Origin: Giardia intestinalis
Taxonomy: Eukaryota
Assembly: GCA_000002435.2 (NCBI GenBank)
Contig: CM018790.1
Length of the DNA stretch: 64,000 bases
Reading direction: 5' to 3' (one strand)
The first letter of the stretch is position 1. Each line of letters begins with the position of its first letter. Made by a program: the position numbers and the translations under genes. This document shows, piece by piece, positions 17,475-28,026 of this stretch. The notes under the pieces were generated by a model. It was not told the DNA's origin, ran no database searches, and was given only the letters and a program-made list of their open reading frames with translations.

Positions 17475-18766
17475 CGAATGGCCTTAATCCTCTTAACGAA
17501 CTTTTTGTAGGCGCCATCACTCTTAGCTTTCTTCTCAGCTATACTCAAAGCGTCAGAACCAGGATCGTGGTCAAACCACTTACTAGTATTCCCATCCTTA
17601 GCCGGTATATGTGCTTCCCTATCCAGTAGCAGCTCAGCACAGTCCAATTTACCATGGTGCAGTGCATACATGAGAGCGGTAGCACCCCAAGAATCCTGCA
17701 TACCCCCCTCCTTCTCGAGTAAGAGCTTGACACAGTCTACATAGCCGTTCTCTGCTGCTAGCATGAGGGCGGTCCAACCATAACCACTCCTCATGCCCCC
17801 CTCCTTCTCCAGGAGTAGTCTGACACACTCTTGGTGGCCATTCTGTGCTGCACATATAAGGGCGGTCTTACCAAATTTATCCTTTATACCCCCCTCTTTC
17901 TCTAGGAGCAACTCGACACAGTCTGGGTGACCATTAGCTGCTGCCCACATGAGGGCTGTCTTCCCGTCATGCCTCTGCATGCCTCCCTGCTTCTCCAGGA
18001 GTAGTCTGACACAGTTTGGGTGACCATTCTGTGCTGCTAGCATGAGGGCGGTCCAACCGTAATCACTCCTCATGCCCCCCTCCTTCTCGAGTAGGAGCTT
18101 GACACAGTCTGTATAGCCATTCTGTGCTGCATTCATGAGTGCTGTCCAGCTATTACCATCCTTCTTCCCCGTTTCCTGAAGATTACTCCTAACTGCATCA
18201 GCATCTCCAATGGAAGCAGCATACATAAGGCTCGTCCAGCCCGAGACATCACGTTCACCCTTGTGCTTCACCAGTAGCTTGACACAGTCTGGGTGGCCGT
18301 TCTCTGCTGCTAGCATGAGGGCTGTCTTCCCATCATGCCTCTGCATACCCCCCTCCTTCTCTAGGAGCAACTCGACACAGTCTGGGTGACCATTAGCTGC
18401 TGCACGCATAAGTGCAGTCCAGCCATCCTTGTTTACCATCCTGCTCTCTTTCTTTAATAGGAGTTTGGTGCATTCTGTGTGGCCATTCTGTGCTACCAGC
18501 ATGAGAGCTGTCTTATCATAATTATCCTTCATACCCCCCTCCTTCTCGAGTAAGAGCTTGACACAGTCTACATAGCCGTTCTCTGCTGCCCACATGAGGG
18601 CTGTCCAGCCATACTCATTCTGCTTACGGATTAGATCGGACGTAGCACCCAGCAATTTCTCGACGCATTCAGAGTCACCCCCCTTAGCAGCCCGCATGAG
18701 CTCGGTCATACCACGCAGGGGGCTGTCGGCTTCAACACCCCTGCGATCAACATCGCTCTGCGCCAT
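17468..18766 (-). CDS. Ankyrin-repeat protein (Giardia 'Protein 21.1'-type), about 12 tandem 33-aa repeats
   Basis: It has regular repeats 'GWTALMxAAxNGHxDCVKLLLEKEGGM'. The ORF-track start at 18955 is a GTG and that leader is GC-rich and non-protein-like. I place the start at ATG 18766 ('MAQSDVDRRG'), preceded on the minus strand by 'gagaaaataaaaATG'. Confidence 0.8.
   Translation of the reverse strand: MAQSDVDRRGVEADSPLRGMTELMRAAKGGDSECVEKLLGATSDLIRKQNEYGWTALMWAAENGYVDCVKLLLEKEGGMKDNYDKTALMLVAQNGHTECTKLLLKKESRMVNKDGWTALMRAAANGHPDCVELLLEKEGGMQRHDGKTALMLAAENGHPDCVKLLVKHKGERDVSGWTSLMYAASIGDADAVRSNLQETGKKDGNSWTALMNAAQNGYTDCVKLLLEKEGGMRSDYGWTALMLAAQNGHPNCVRLLLEKQGGMQRHDGKTALMWAAANGHPDCVELLLEKEGGIKDKFGKTALICAAQNGHQECVRLLLEKEGGMRSGYGWTALMLAAENGYVDCVKLLLEKEGGMQDSWGATALMYALHHGKLDCAELLLDREAHIPAKDGNTSKWFDHDPGSDALSIAEKKAKSDGAYKKFVKRIKAIRQ
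17640..18640. repeat. Intragenic tandem array of 99-bp ankyrin-repeat units with near-identical copies
   Basis: A 58-bp segment 'tacccccctccttctcgagtaagagcttgacacagtctacatagccgttctctgctgc' is identical at 17701-17758 and 18532-18589, 831 bp (3 x 277) apart. Many other units share long identical runs. Confidence 0.7.
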
Positions 18767-18779
18767 TTTTATTTTCTCT

Positions 18780-21700
18780 CCTGGCCAAGTGCATGAGACC
18801 GCAATTATTTCGTAATTTACACTACTCCGGGCTGCGACCGGCCGGAGCTCGCCAAGTAGACCAGCCATCTGAGGCAGAGGCGGACACTTATGTAGGAACC
18901 AAGGGCCTTCCCCTCCTGCTCTATAGACGGATGGCCACGAGACGCGGCACATCACCTACTCGTTGGTAGGGGCTTCTCGACGGCAGTGGAACGCTGCTTC
19001 CTTGTGTTGTGTCCGCAGGTGTCGAGCCCAGGTAACAAGCATGTTGCTGTGTCAGGTTCAGGATCAACTTGCAGGGATGGATTCACTCCACCCACCGGTT
19101 ACTTTCAGTGCTGTGCTGCTCCCCCCAGGCGGGTCAGGCATCCACGCTAACCCGCAGACTTGTGAACGCGTCCGGGACAGCCTCCATTGGAGACTTGGGA
19201 CTCCAGCATTGCAATGGCACGCTGGGCAGCCTGTGCCCTGTCCTCTTGCTGTGTCGGGCTCCTCACTAACGATCCCCGCCGGCTAGGAGCAGGACTGACC
19301 CGCTGGTCGGCTCGCCGGTGCCCGCTCCCTGGTCCCATGTAGAAACGGGAGGGCCTCTCGACTGCCTCGCCTGCGATGACGATGCGAAGGGAGCTCTACC
19401 TCTTCAACAGAGCTTGCCTCCGTCTCCGGATATAGCCAAAGATTCTACGGGTTTACTAATGGAATCTTAGATGTCCACAGGCAGAGGACCGGCAACAGCC
19501 AATTATTTCCAGCATTCTTCTGCTGAGCCCACACCTGCATGCGTGGTCCAAGGATCGCGCAGGTAAGCCAACTTCCCGTGCCGCTTGCGTGAAGACGGGG
19601 CAAGTCAGGGCTGGCGGATCTGGGCTCTCCCGTCAACCTTACTTTGAGCCCAAGCTTTTCTGGAGACCTCCGATGACTCCATCCAATCGACACCTGTGCA
19701 CAAGAACACCCGGTGTCTATCCTTTTCATTGTGTTGGGATCACTCTGGCCTTGGTGATTAGTCGTTCTCCTTTCCTCAACTGACATTATCTACTCAGCGG
19801 AGATCACAGGGGTCAGCTGGAAGTGGTCTGGAGGGCAGTGGGCGATTGACTCTCGGGTCCATCTGACGGCCTCATCAGGTGCTCATTCTCACTTGGACAA
19901 CTTTGATGACTGTGGAATAAACTGTCCATTCTGCATGTAATTGGGGGCGCTCCATTTCTATGGGGCTTTACCCTTCCACCGTAACAGTCCATCCGAGGAT
20001 GTTTCCATATTTATCACGTGCACCTACCAACAAGCCGCGAGTTTAGCCTTTGTCTTTGGTTCTGATCGTTGGAATGATTGCGTCTTCCCCTATATTAAAT
20101 TCCCCTGTCAGACGAAGGATAGACATAACAGCCATCCAGTGCTTCGTATCTAGTCCGGTTGCTTGAACAACCCGCAGTGCTGTCTCGCGTTTGTGTCATG
20201 ATCGAACGTGCTTCCTACCGTTCTCCCTTGCAAGCATTCTACGCACCTGCGAGCTGTATGTTGCTGCCCTAGTCGGGGCTGTGTTTCTACAGATGGTAGC
20301 CCTAACCCTATGCAACGAGCTACCTTCTCTTGAAAAAGGTTATAAAAAATAGGTCTTTCATGGGACTTTCAGGCCAGTCTGCAGGCAGGGCCCCAAAAGC
20401 ATTACACTGAACCTATTTGGATGGTGGGATAGGCACGTTCTCAGAGGATTCCGCCAGGTAGCAGGCGCTTTAGTCACACCGAGCGAGTAGACGCGGAACT
20501 ATAACAGGGCCTTAGGTCGTCTTCTCTGGCCGTCTCCCGTCTAGCATTCGTCCAATAGCCAGCACCAGACCGAAGTCTCAGCCTTAGACGGGCAGTCGTC
20601 ACATCGCGCTAGACTCCGGCTTCCTTAATCAAGGGGCCATTCAACGCGGAGCTCTTCCGGATACACAGCCCCCCGGATGGACCAGCTCAACAAGCCTCCT
20701 TGCAGGGGACCTCGTTGGGCATGGCTGGCGGCCGTCGGCTCCTGAGCAGGGGAGCTCATCCATTTCCCGGCGGTGGGCAGTGCACCCCCTCCGGCGCACC
20801 CACTCGTGCCAGGAGGCGTGTACAGGACGATCAGAGATGTAGTTGTGCCTGATGGCCACATCCAGGATGCAGACATGGAGGTAATAGTATACCTGTCAAG
20901 ACAGCACACGACTTCCCTACAGCTCCTTGGCGTGTCGGCGCACGCAGGCAGAGGACCAGCCAGGGTGGACTCCGTGGCTGACCAGCTGCACATCAGCCCT
21001 AGCTCACGGCCCAGAGAGCATTCAGTCGCCTGTTACCGGACGGGCCTGTCTGGTAGATCGTTGGCCCAGACCGCGGTGTTCGAGTCGTCTGCGCACACGG
21101 GAGAGACCTGCCTTCTCCTGCTGTGTGTGGTCTCTTCAACGATGTGTAAGCTGCGTCTGGTGGGCCCTGCGCTGTGCCGTGGTTGAGCATGCTGCACGCT
21201 CTAGGCATGACGGCCTCGCCACTGACCAGGCTCCGGCCATTAGCTGCTCCTACCAACCACTCTTCGCCAACCACCGAGCAAGCCGGGCTCTTCAGTCTTT
21301 AGCCCTTACTGGGGCACGTATCAGCGCACCCAGGCACGCCTCCGTAGCCCACAGGGGGGAAGCATGGCACGCACGCGAAGGCAACGGGCGACCCGAGGAG
21401 ACCCTGGCCCGTCTGGAGCGGGAGGACGCCGGGCCCAGGAACGACCCCGGGCGGGAGGGCGAGGACGAGGCACCCCGGCGCGTGCGGGGGCAGAAGCGCA
21501 GAGACCGCGCCCGGGGCAACAAAGACCGGCCCCCCGACGGGCGGCACCAGCGGAGGCGCGGCGCAACCAAGAACGCAGGGGGGCGGGGGAGAGGCCGCCA
21601 CAGGAGATGCCTCCTCCTCCTGCTTGGCCGCCCTCGGGCCGTATGTGCGGCGCGGCAGCACCACCCCGTGCTCCTCCAGGGCGGCGCGGACGTCCTGGGT

Positions 21701-24330
21701 GCGGAGCGCGTTGTTGTACGTCATCCGCAGCTCCTGGCGCGGATACTTCATCCCGAAGCGCTCGTGGACCCTGCGGTAGAAGTCCGGGCCCAGGATGCTC
21801 CGGTCCCTGACCCCGGCGATGATCATCGCCTTGATGGCCCTGCGGTCCTCGCCGGTCATCTTCACGTTGAGGATGCTCCGCGAGTGCGTCTCGCGGTACC
21901 AGTGGTAGATCCTGCTCCGGTCCTCGGACAGGGCGCGGGCGATCTTCTTCCAGTCGATGGCCGTCCGGAGCACGTGCCGGTGGAGGAGCAGCGGCCGCCG
22001 CACGAGGCTCTCGGCCGTCTCCCCCAGCCGCCGGGCAGCGACGACCTGCTTCGCGAGCTCGAGCAGAACGGAGGCGCGCGTCTCCGCCGTCATTGCCCCA
22101 GAGCCCATCCGATAGAAGCGGCGATAAAACTAAAAACAGACCAACGAATAATGTGAAATTAAATATGTACAGGCCTTGCACAAAAGCTTTAGCGGGTGTT
22201 TGTTGCCTGCCTGCCCCGGTCCGTCGGGCGAGCAGGGCGCCCCCATCCGGGCCATCGCCGCAGTACGAGTTGGCTTAGGCCGCCACACAGAACAGACTGC
22301 TTTACATACAGCGGCGCCGGGGCTGATGTATTGATCGGAGTTTTTTGGTATTGCCGAGGACCCCTGCCCTCGGCCGCTAGGGAGAGCCGCACCCTGCGCA
22401 GCCCCGGTTTGTCTGCATATGCCCAGAGCTCTGCGGAGGCGGGCAGGCTGGGGCCGTCCCCCTCGTTCGGGGCATCGCCGACGACGAGCTGCTGCCTGCG
22501 GCCTGCGAGGTCCTCCGCTCTGAGAGGGGCCACCGAGTGTCGTGGGCCGCAGCGCTCTGCAAGGCCTGCACACGACCAGAGGCTGCCCAGTTTTTTGAGC
22601 AGTTGGCTCTGGCGCGGATTCTGCGGACGCCTGCTGCCGGCCCGGTCTACAGGGGCGCCCGCGTGTCTACTGTGGCCTGGTGTGCGTGCCTGCGCGTCCT
22701 CCTGCGGCGGCTCCCCTTATGGCGCAGAAAGCCCCGCCTGTCCCCTCCCACCGGGTTCTCCCGACGTGCTCTCTACCGCGCCCAGCCGAGTTTCCAGCGA
22801 ACAAAGGAGTGGCATGACCAAATCAGTCGCCAGATTACAGTGTGATCTGCGGCCGCGAATCTTGCTGGCATCTTACGTGACAGTGGCTCTGGGTGTGCCC
22901 GTTCAGCAGCAGCTGCCTTGAACATAGATACTTAACGTGACCCGTATGCTAATATCTGCTCGCTCAATCTGTACAGAAGGATCTAACGGTATGCCGGCTA
23001 GAGCAGTAGGACTCGTCAGGCGAGCACACCGGAATTGCGTGGAGTACGCATCTCTAAAGGCTTGCATGCCTGGATCTGTGCTCGTCTTCTCACTGAGACC
23101 CCAGTACAGCGAAAGCGTTTAATATAAACAGAAAGCCGTGGTGTCGCTAGGGTCTATTCGGGCCGCTCAACTATACCGAATCATTCCTACCGGTAAAGCC
23201 TGACTGCTTGCTACTAAGCAGAAGAAAGCGACTCCATGGCGGCCAAGCGTGGAATCGGTACGCTGTCAAGCCTCTCGATTCAGATGCAGAGTCTGCAATG
23301 TCCACGTGAGTAGCACACCACCTGGTTGCCGCTTGCCTGTTATAGACTGCAAATCGACACGTAGGCTCGCAGGTCGGCTGCATCTTACTCGGAAATACAA
23401 GACGCTGCTCCTGTCTGGATCACAGATGCGAATCGCCGGTCCCGATGCGCACGAGTGTTACAGAGTAACAAGGAGAGCACCCGTCTATGGCACACAGTCA
23501 CAATTCGAGTGGTGTCCAGCTCTCCTGGAGAAGAGGCATGCCACGATCAACGGCATACTGCTTTGAACACCAGTAAGCACACCTACTATGTCTGCGAGGC
23601 CGAGGGCGGCCGTATCCCCAGCTACTACTTGTCACTCGGACGCACATGTGTGACGAGACGTGCGGGCGCCCTTCATAAAGGCCTCCTGATGCGCAACACA
23701 CGGCCCAACCGCCTCTTCTCTGAGAGACAGATGGATTTTGCTTGTAGTGAGCCATGCTAGCGTAACGGACTTCTGAACACGTCCCTCTGTTGAGGATTCA
23801 GCGGCTACGCACTGGGGCTAGACACGCGTGTTCTGTGGCCAACACGGGACTTGGCCGAGCAAAGGAGGTAACGAGTCGGCGCTTCTGGCCCGATGCTCTG
23901 CGTGACTGCGCCAGAGACCAGGCTGCCAACGTGCCGGTTAAGGAGAAGACGCGATGATCCACCATCGAGGACTGCAGTACCTGCGGAGACGGGCAGGAGC
24001 GACTTTTTATGACCACGAGCCTGAGCCCTTTAAGGTCTGTGCCAGGCTCTTCGCATTACACAGCTCCTCCTCGTGTGTGCCCTCAGAGAGAGCGAACATC
24101 CTCTTCGACAAGCACTTCTGTGGACACCACAGCAGGGATGCATAGTTCCGCGCTGACCATGCCTTAGCCCCATTGGGGTTGGTGACAAAACTACGACTTC
24201 CCTGTCACGAGACATTACGCTCTGTACAGAAGAATGCCAGCGAGTCATGCAAGGCCTGTGGATCTGTCCTTCAACCTTCTTCTGACAGATGTGTGTCTTT
24301 TGACATGCAGCTCTGCATTGCATGACGGTT
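18780..24330. other. GC-rich, ORF-poor island (~5.5 kb) interrupting an otherwise compact gene array
   Basis: Composition switches abruptly from ~50% to >60-70% GC just upstream of the ankyrin gene start at 18766. Only short, mutually overlapping ORFs occur on both strands, except the Myb-like ORF. No rRNA, tRNA or telomere signatures are recognisable. AT-rich sequence resumes near 24330, upstream of the kinesin. Confidence 0.5.
21299..22108 (-). CDS. Myb/SANT-like DNA-binding domain protein with Pro/Gly/Ala-rich C-terminal tail (~70% GC)
   Basis: ATG at 22108 is immediately preceded on the minus strand by a sharply AT-rich segment (22109-22190: 'ttttagttttatcgccgcttctatcggATG'). The N-terminal ~170 aa are protein-like. 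'RTAIDWKKIARALSEDRSRIYHWYRETH' resembles a Myb/SANT repeat (DWKKIA...R...HW). The C-terminal half is P/G/A-rich. All six frames are open across this stretch because of its extreme GC content. Confidence 0.45.
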   Translation of the reverse strand: MGSGAMTAETRASVLLELAKQVVAARRLGETAESLVRRPLLLHRHVLRTAIDWKKIARALSEDRSRIYHWYRETHSRSILNVKMTGEDRRAIKAMIIAGVRDRSILGPDFYRRVHERFGMKYPRQELRMTYNNALRTQDVRAALEEHGVVLPRRTYGPRAAKQEEEASPVAASPPPPCVLGCAAPPLVPPVGGPVFVAPGAVSALLPPHAPGCLVLALPPGVVPGPGVLPLQTGQGLLGSPVAFACVPCFPPVGYGGVPGCADTCPSKG

Positions 24331-24733
24331 CGCCCTCCAAGTGATGGTCTAGAGGACTCAACGCAGTGGTTCCCAAGATATGTGTCCTGAACAGAAGATT
24401 ATACGATCATATACCTCTGAATGTGCACAACATGATTCAATGCTTGCTTTAACGCCCTGTATTCTGATAGTCATAATTTATTTGCATGCCTTTAAAGAAC
24501 TTATCGTTTAAGCTGTTACCGATTTTGGTGCTGCAACTTATTTGCCGCATCTTATCACAAAAGCTTGATATCAAGATATCTTTCACAGACATGAAATAGT
24601 AACCCATGTGTCAGTTTGAATAAATATAAGCGTCCATAGCCTGGTGCTACCAAACAAGCGACGGTGGATGAGTAAATTGAAATGACAAAAGATATAAGAA
24701 GGAAGAGGTACGGCTAAAGATTTCAAAATTTTA

Positions 24734-27700
24734 ATGACTAGCGCTGGGAATCAAGCCGGTCCAACCGCTTCCGGAAAGGAAGTTAACATAGCGGTAGTAG
24801 TGCGTGCACGGCCTCTGAACACACGCGAGGTTGCTCACAGTTCTAAGTCGGTGGTCCGGATTAACACGTCTGCTAATGTTATCGAGATCAGTCAGCAAAA
24901 TAGACAGCAAGCAAAGACTTATTTCTTTGACAAAGTATTCGACGAAACCGCCAGCCAAGAGTTCTTTTATAGACAAGTCGTATCTCCAGTAGTCAAGGAC
25001 TTCCTCGATGGATTTAATTGTACTCTCTTTGCTTACGGTCAGACAGGAACAGGGAAAACATATACAATGATAGGTGATCAAGGGCATTTTACGGGGGACC
25101 GGAGGGTAAAATACGTCGATTTTTCCACCATCCCTCACGCAGGCATGATACCCAGGGTAAGTAATGAGATTTTCTCTGTGCTTGATAGTCAAAATGCAGA
25201 TTACCAAGTTCGCGTTTCGCACATGGAGGTCTATTGTGAAGAAATCTATGACTTACTCAAAGATTCATCTGACGAGCGAGAGGCGCTTAAACTTTTCGAA
25301 GAGCGGTCTTCATACGGAGTTACTCCAAAAGGTCATAGAGCAGATGAGGCTAAAGAATCCAAAGACTCTACTGCCCTGCCCTCCACCAACCTTCTTCAAC
25401 CAGGGGACAAAGCAGGTGGAAGACTCGTTATTTTGGGCCTTGAGGAGGTTCTTGTCAAATCTCCTGGGGAGATCATGTCTCTTTTGATTAAGTCGACCGA
25501 GAATCGACGCGTGGCAGAGACTAAGATGAATTCCAGCTCATCACGCTCTCATTCCATCTTCACTATATGTCTAATTGTAAAGGAAACGGCGCCTTCTTCT
25601 AATAACAATACCGATATCGATGTCATACGTATTTCGAAGCTGAACCTTGTGGACTTGGCAGGTAGCGAATCAGCCGGTAAATCGGGTGCATCAGGAGATC
25701 GCCAGCAAGAAGCCAGTAAGATAAATAAGAGCCTTCTTACGCTTGGCCGTGTCATCAACGCTCTCACAGAGACAAAGCAGCATATTCCGTACAGAGAGTC
25801 TAAGCTGACCCGTCTACTACAGGATTCACTCGGTGGCCGAACAAAGACATGCATAATTGCGACCATTACCACAGCAGACCTGGCATTAGACGAAACCACT
25901 AACACCCTAGAGTACATGTCAAGAGCTAAGAAGATCAAAAATCTACCAGAGGTGACCACGAAGATTAGCGGCAAATCCGTATTGAAGGAATACTCCCTGG
26001 AGATAAAGCGCCTACGGGAGCTGCTCTCTGCTCAAAAGGATGCTCAGGGAGGAATCTTTCTTACCGTTGAAAACTATGACGAGATGAATGAGGCGGCGCG
26101 CGTTAACAAGGCCCAGATCGCAGACCTAGAAGCGCGGATACAGCAAGCAACTAAGGAGATGGAGCGAGTCACCGCACTGTTGGTTTCAGGGGAGCAGAAG
26201 GTCGAGAAGCTGAAGCTAGCTTTGAATAAGACGGTAGAAAAGGTGAATGAGCTCCACGAGGAGAAGTGTCGGCTTTATGAGAAGATTGTTCTTGGTCGTG
26301 ATAAAGAAAAGATTAACGCAGCACAGCTGGATCACCTTAGGGCTAACGGGGCCTCTCTCATTCTTGAAAATGTATTTGGTCTAGATTCTCTTCGTCACAT
26401 GATTGATAAGAGCGGGATTTCCTCTGCGATAATAGAGATAGAGAAAACCGTATCTGCTTGCAAGGCAGAGCTCTCACTCTTCTCAAAAGCCCTTACCCAG
26501 GTCCTAGATGAGCATAAGAGGAACTTAGATGGTGGCTTGGAAAAGCTGTTGGAGAAGCTTATGGTTCCTGTTCTCAAAAGCTCTGCAGAAGTGCTTGGTA
26601 CAAGCATTCCAGGACTTTTAGAGACAGACTTATTGGGGAAGTTGTCGTCTGAGATGAAAAGCCATCTTATGGAGGAGGCACGACAAGGATTATCTTCCTT
26701 TATTGTTAATCCTCAAATCGAGCTCCTTCGCAAGCTGACAGAAGGGTCTACTGCATCCCTGGGCTTACTTGATAACTTGTCTAGTGCGCTCGATAAGTCT
26801 TCCGAATCGGTTCAGTTGCTACTGCAAAATATCTTAGCGCAGATTCAGGTTTTTGCTGAGAAGGAAACAGCATTTCTTTCGGGGCTGGATTCATTTCTAG
26901 CAAGAGAAGTGGAGCATCGTACGCACGCACTGGTCTCTAATCTGGAGAAACAGCTGCAAGCCGCGCACAAAAGTGTTCTTTCGGAGTTTACTGAAGTGCT
27001 AAGATCTAGTACTCAGGAGTTGAAGGACAGTCTCGCTAATCAGTGCAATACTCAACATGGTCGGATCGGCGTACTGACAGATACTGTCGACACATGGAGA
27101 GCTAAAGACGTACCTACTGTAGTTGAAAGATACGCAGACATCACTCGACAACTCAGTGAGCTCCGTTCGTCCATGAACCTTTCTCAAGCCATCGTGTCTA
27201 GTCACACAGACTCTGTCAAGGACGCTACGTCTAAGTATGAAGAGCTTCTTGAGAGGTCTTTTGATAAGGAGGTAACAGGAAGTATAGCGGCACCCATTAC
27301 CAAATCCATAAAACAGCTAACACAGATTGGGGAAACATTAATGGACATGATGGATGCCTTCACAGTCCAGCTAGGCAGCATCTCTAATACATCTCATGCT
27401 ACGCTTGTGGAGAGAACTGCGCAACTTTCTCACACATATATTCAGGAAGGTGTTGTAGACAAACTTCTGAGCGGGGCTGTGCTAGATTCTACAATTCGAG
27501 ATAGTGCTCCAGCAATTTCCTTGCTGGCCGCAGATCTTGAGAAGGATTGTTTGGCCACTGCTGACGGTGCCTCAGAGGGCACCTTTGCTATGGTTACCAA
27601 CATGGCCGTGTGCTCCATCTCAGATCTGATCAGTCGCTTTGAGGCTTCTGTAGCGTCTGCATTCTCAACCCTGGTTTCTAATTTCCACCTTACGCCTGTT

Positions 27701-27934
27701 ATTCAGACTGGTGGGTCTTCTTTGCAGACCCCTGCTTTGGCGACACCCAATGTACGGCCCATTTCCCTCGCCCAAACACATACTGAATTTGTCTATGGAG
27801 TAGTTACCCCATCTGTTCCTCTTAATAAGAGCATCTCAAATAAAGAGCCCCTAGCTACTATGCAAAAGCTCAACGAGTCCGGCAATCCAACTCCAACCAA
27901 AGCACCCACAGGAGCGTCACCACCTCAAAAATAA
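24734..27934 (+). CDS. Kinesin motor protein (N-terminal motor; kinesin-5/BimC-like architecture)
   Basis: It has a P-loop 'FAYGQTGTGKTYTM', switch I 'SSRSHS' and switch II 'LVDLAGSE'. The opening 'NIAVVVRARPLN' is typical of kinesin motor heads. The motor is followed by a long coiled-coil stalk, 1066 aa in total. 'caaaattttaATG' lies upstream. Confidence 0.9.
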   Translation: MTSAGNQAGPTASGKEVNIAVVVRARPLNTREVAHSSKSVVRINTSANVIEISQQNRQQAKTYFFDKVFDETASQEFFYRQVVSPVVKDFLDGFNCTLFAYGQTGTGKTYTMIGDQGHFTGDRRVKYVDFSTIPHAGMIPRVSNEIFSVLDSQNADYQVRVSHMEVYCEEIYDLLKDSSDEREALKLFEERSSYGVTPKGHRADEAKESKDSTALPSTNLLQPGDKAGGRLVILGLEEVLVKSPGEIMSLLIKSTENRRVAETKMNSSSSRSHSIFTICLIVKETAPSSNNNTDIDVIRISKLNLVDLAGSESAGKSGASGDRQQEASKINKSLLTLGRVINALTETKQHIPYRESKLTRLLQDSLGGRTKTCIIATITTADLALDETTNTLEYMSRAKKIKNLPEVTTKISGKSVLKEYSLEIKRLRELLSAQKDAQGGIFLTVENYDEMNEAARVNKAQIADLEARIQQATKEMERVTALLVSGEQKVEKLKLALNKTVEKVNELHEEKCRLYEKIVLGRDKEKINAAQLDHLRANGASLILENVFGLDSLRHMIDKSGISSAIIEIEKTVSACKAELSLFSKALTQVLDEHKRNLDGGLEKLLEKLMVPVLKSSAEVLGTSIPGLLETDLLGKLSSEMKSHLMEEARQGLSSFIVNPQIELLRKLTEGSTASLGLLDNLSSALDKSSESVQLLLQNILAQIQVFAEKETAFLSGLDSFLAREVEHRTHALVSNLEKQLQAAHKSVLSEFTEVLRSSTQELKDSLANQCNTQHGRIGVLTDTVDTWRAKDVPTVVERYADITRQLSELRSSMNLSQAIVSSHTDSVKDATSKYEELLERSFDKEVTGSIAAPITKSIKQLTQIGETLMDMMDAFTVQLGSISNTSHATLVERTAQLSHTYIQEGVVDKLLSGAVLDSTIRDSAPAISLLAADLEKDCLATADGASEGTFAMVTNMAVCSISDLISRFEASVASAFSTLVSNFHLTPVIQTGGSSLQTPALATPNVRPISLAQTHTEFVYGVVTPSVPLNKSISNKEPLATMQKLNESGNPTPTKAPTGASPPQK

Positions 27935-28026
27935 CGCTCACCATGACCATTGAAACACCTGTTATGCCTGGCAGATGTAATAAAAATTCACTCTCAGTGC
28001 CTCGATAGAGACAACAAAGCAATTAG

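Noticed and set aside
18767-18955. N-terminal extension of the ankyrin gene to the track start at 18955
   Set aside because: The codon at 18955 is GTG. The 63-aa leader ('MMCRVSWPSVYRAGGEGPWFLHKCPPLPQ...') is non-protein-like and lies in the GC-rich island. The internal ATG at 18766 has the canonical 'gagaaaataaaaATG' context.
20927-22181. The 409-aa (+), 286-aa (-) and 148-aa (+) ORFs overlapping the Myb-like gene
   Set aside because: The 409-aa ORF begins at a TTG. All are R/P/A/G-rich with almost no K, N, I, F or Y, which is the expected composition of out-of-frame or antisense translation of ~70% GC DNA where stop codons are depleted. Only the 21299..22108 (-) frame has normal composition and an ATG with an AT-rich upstream element.
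18780-24330. rDNA or telomere-associated repeat as an explanation for the GC-rich island
   Set aside because: I could not find the characteristic SSU rRNA 5' sequence (CATCCGGTCGATCCTGCC…), TAGGG telomere arrays or any internal tandem repetition. GC content outside the Myb-like gene (~55-65%) is also below that of diplomonad rRNA (~75%). This is not excluded without a database search.
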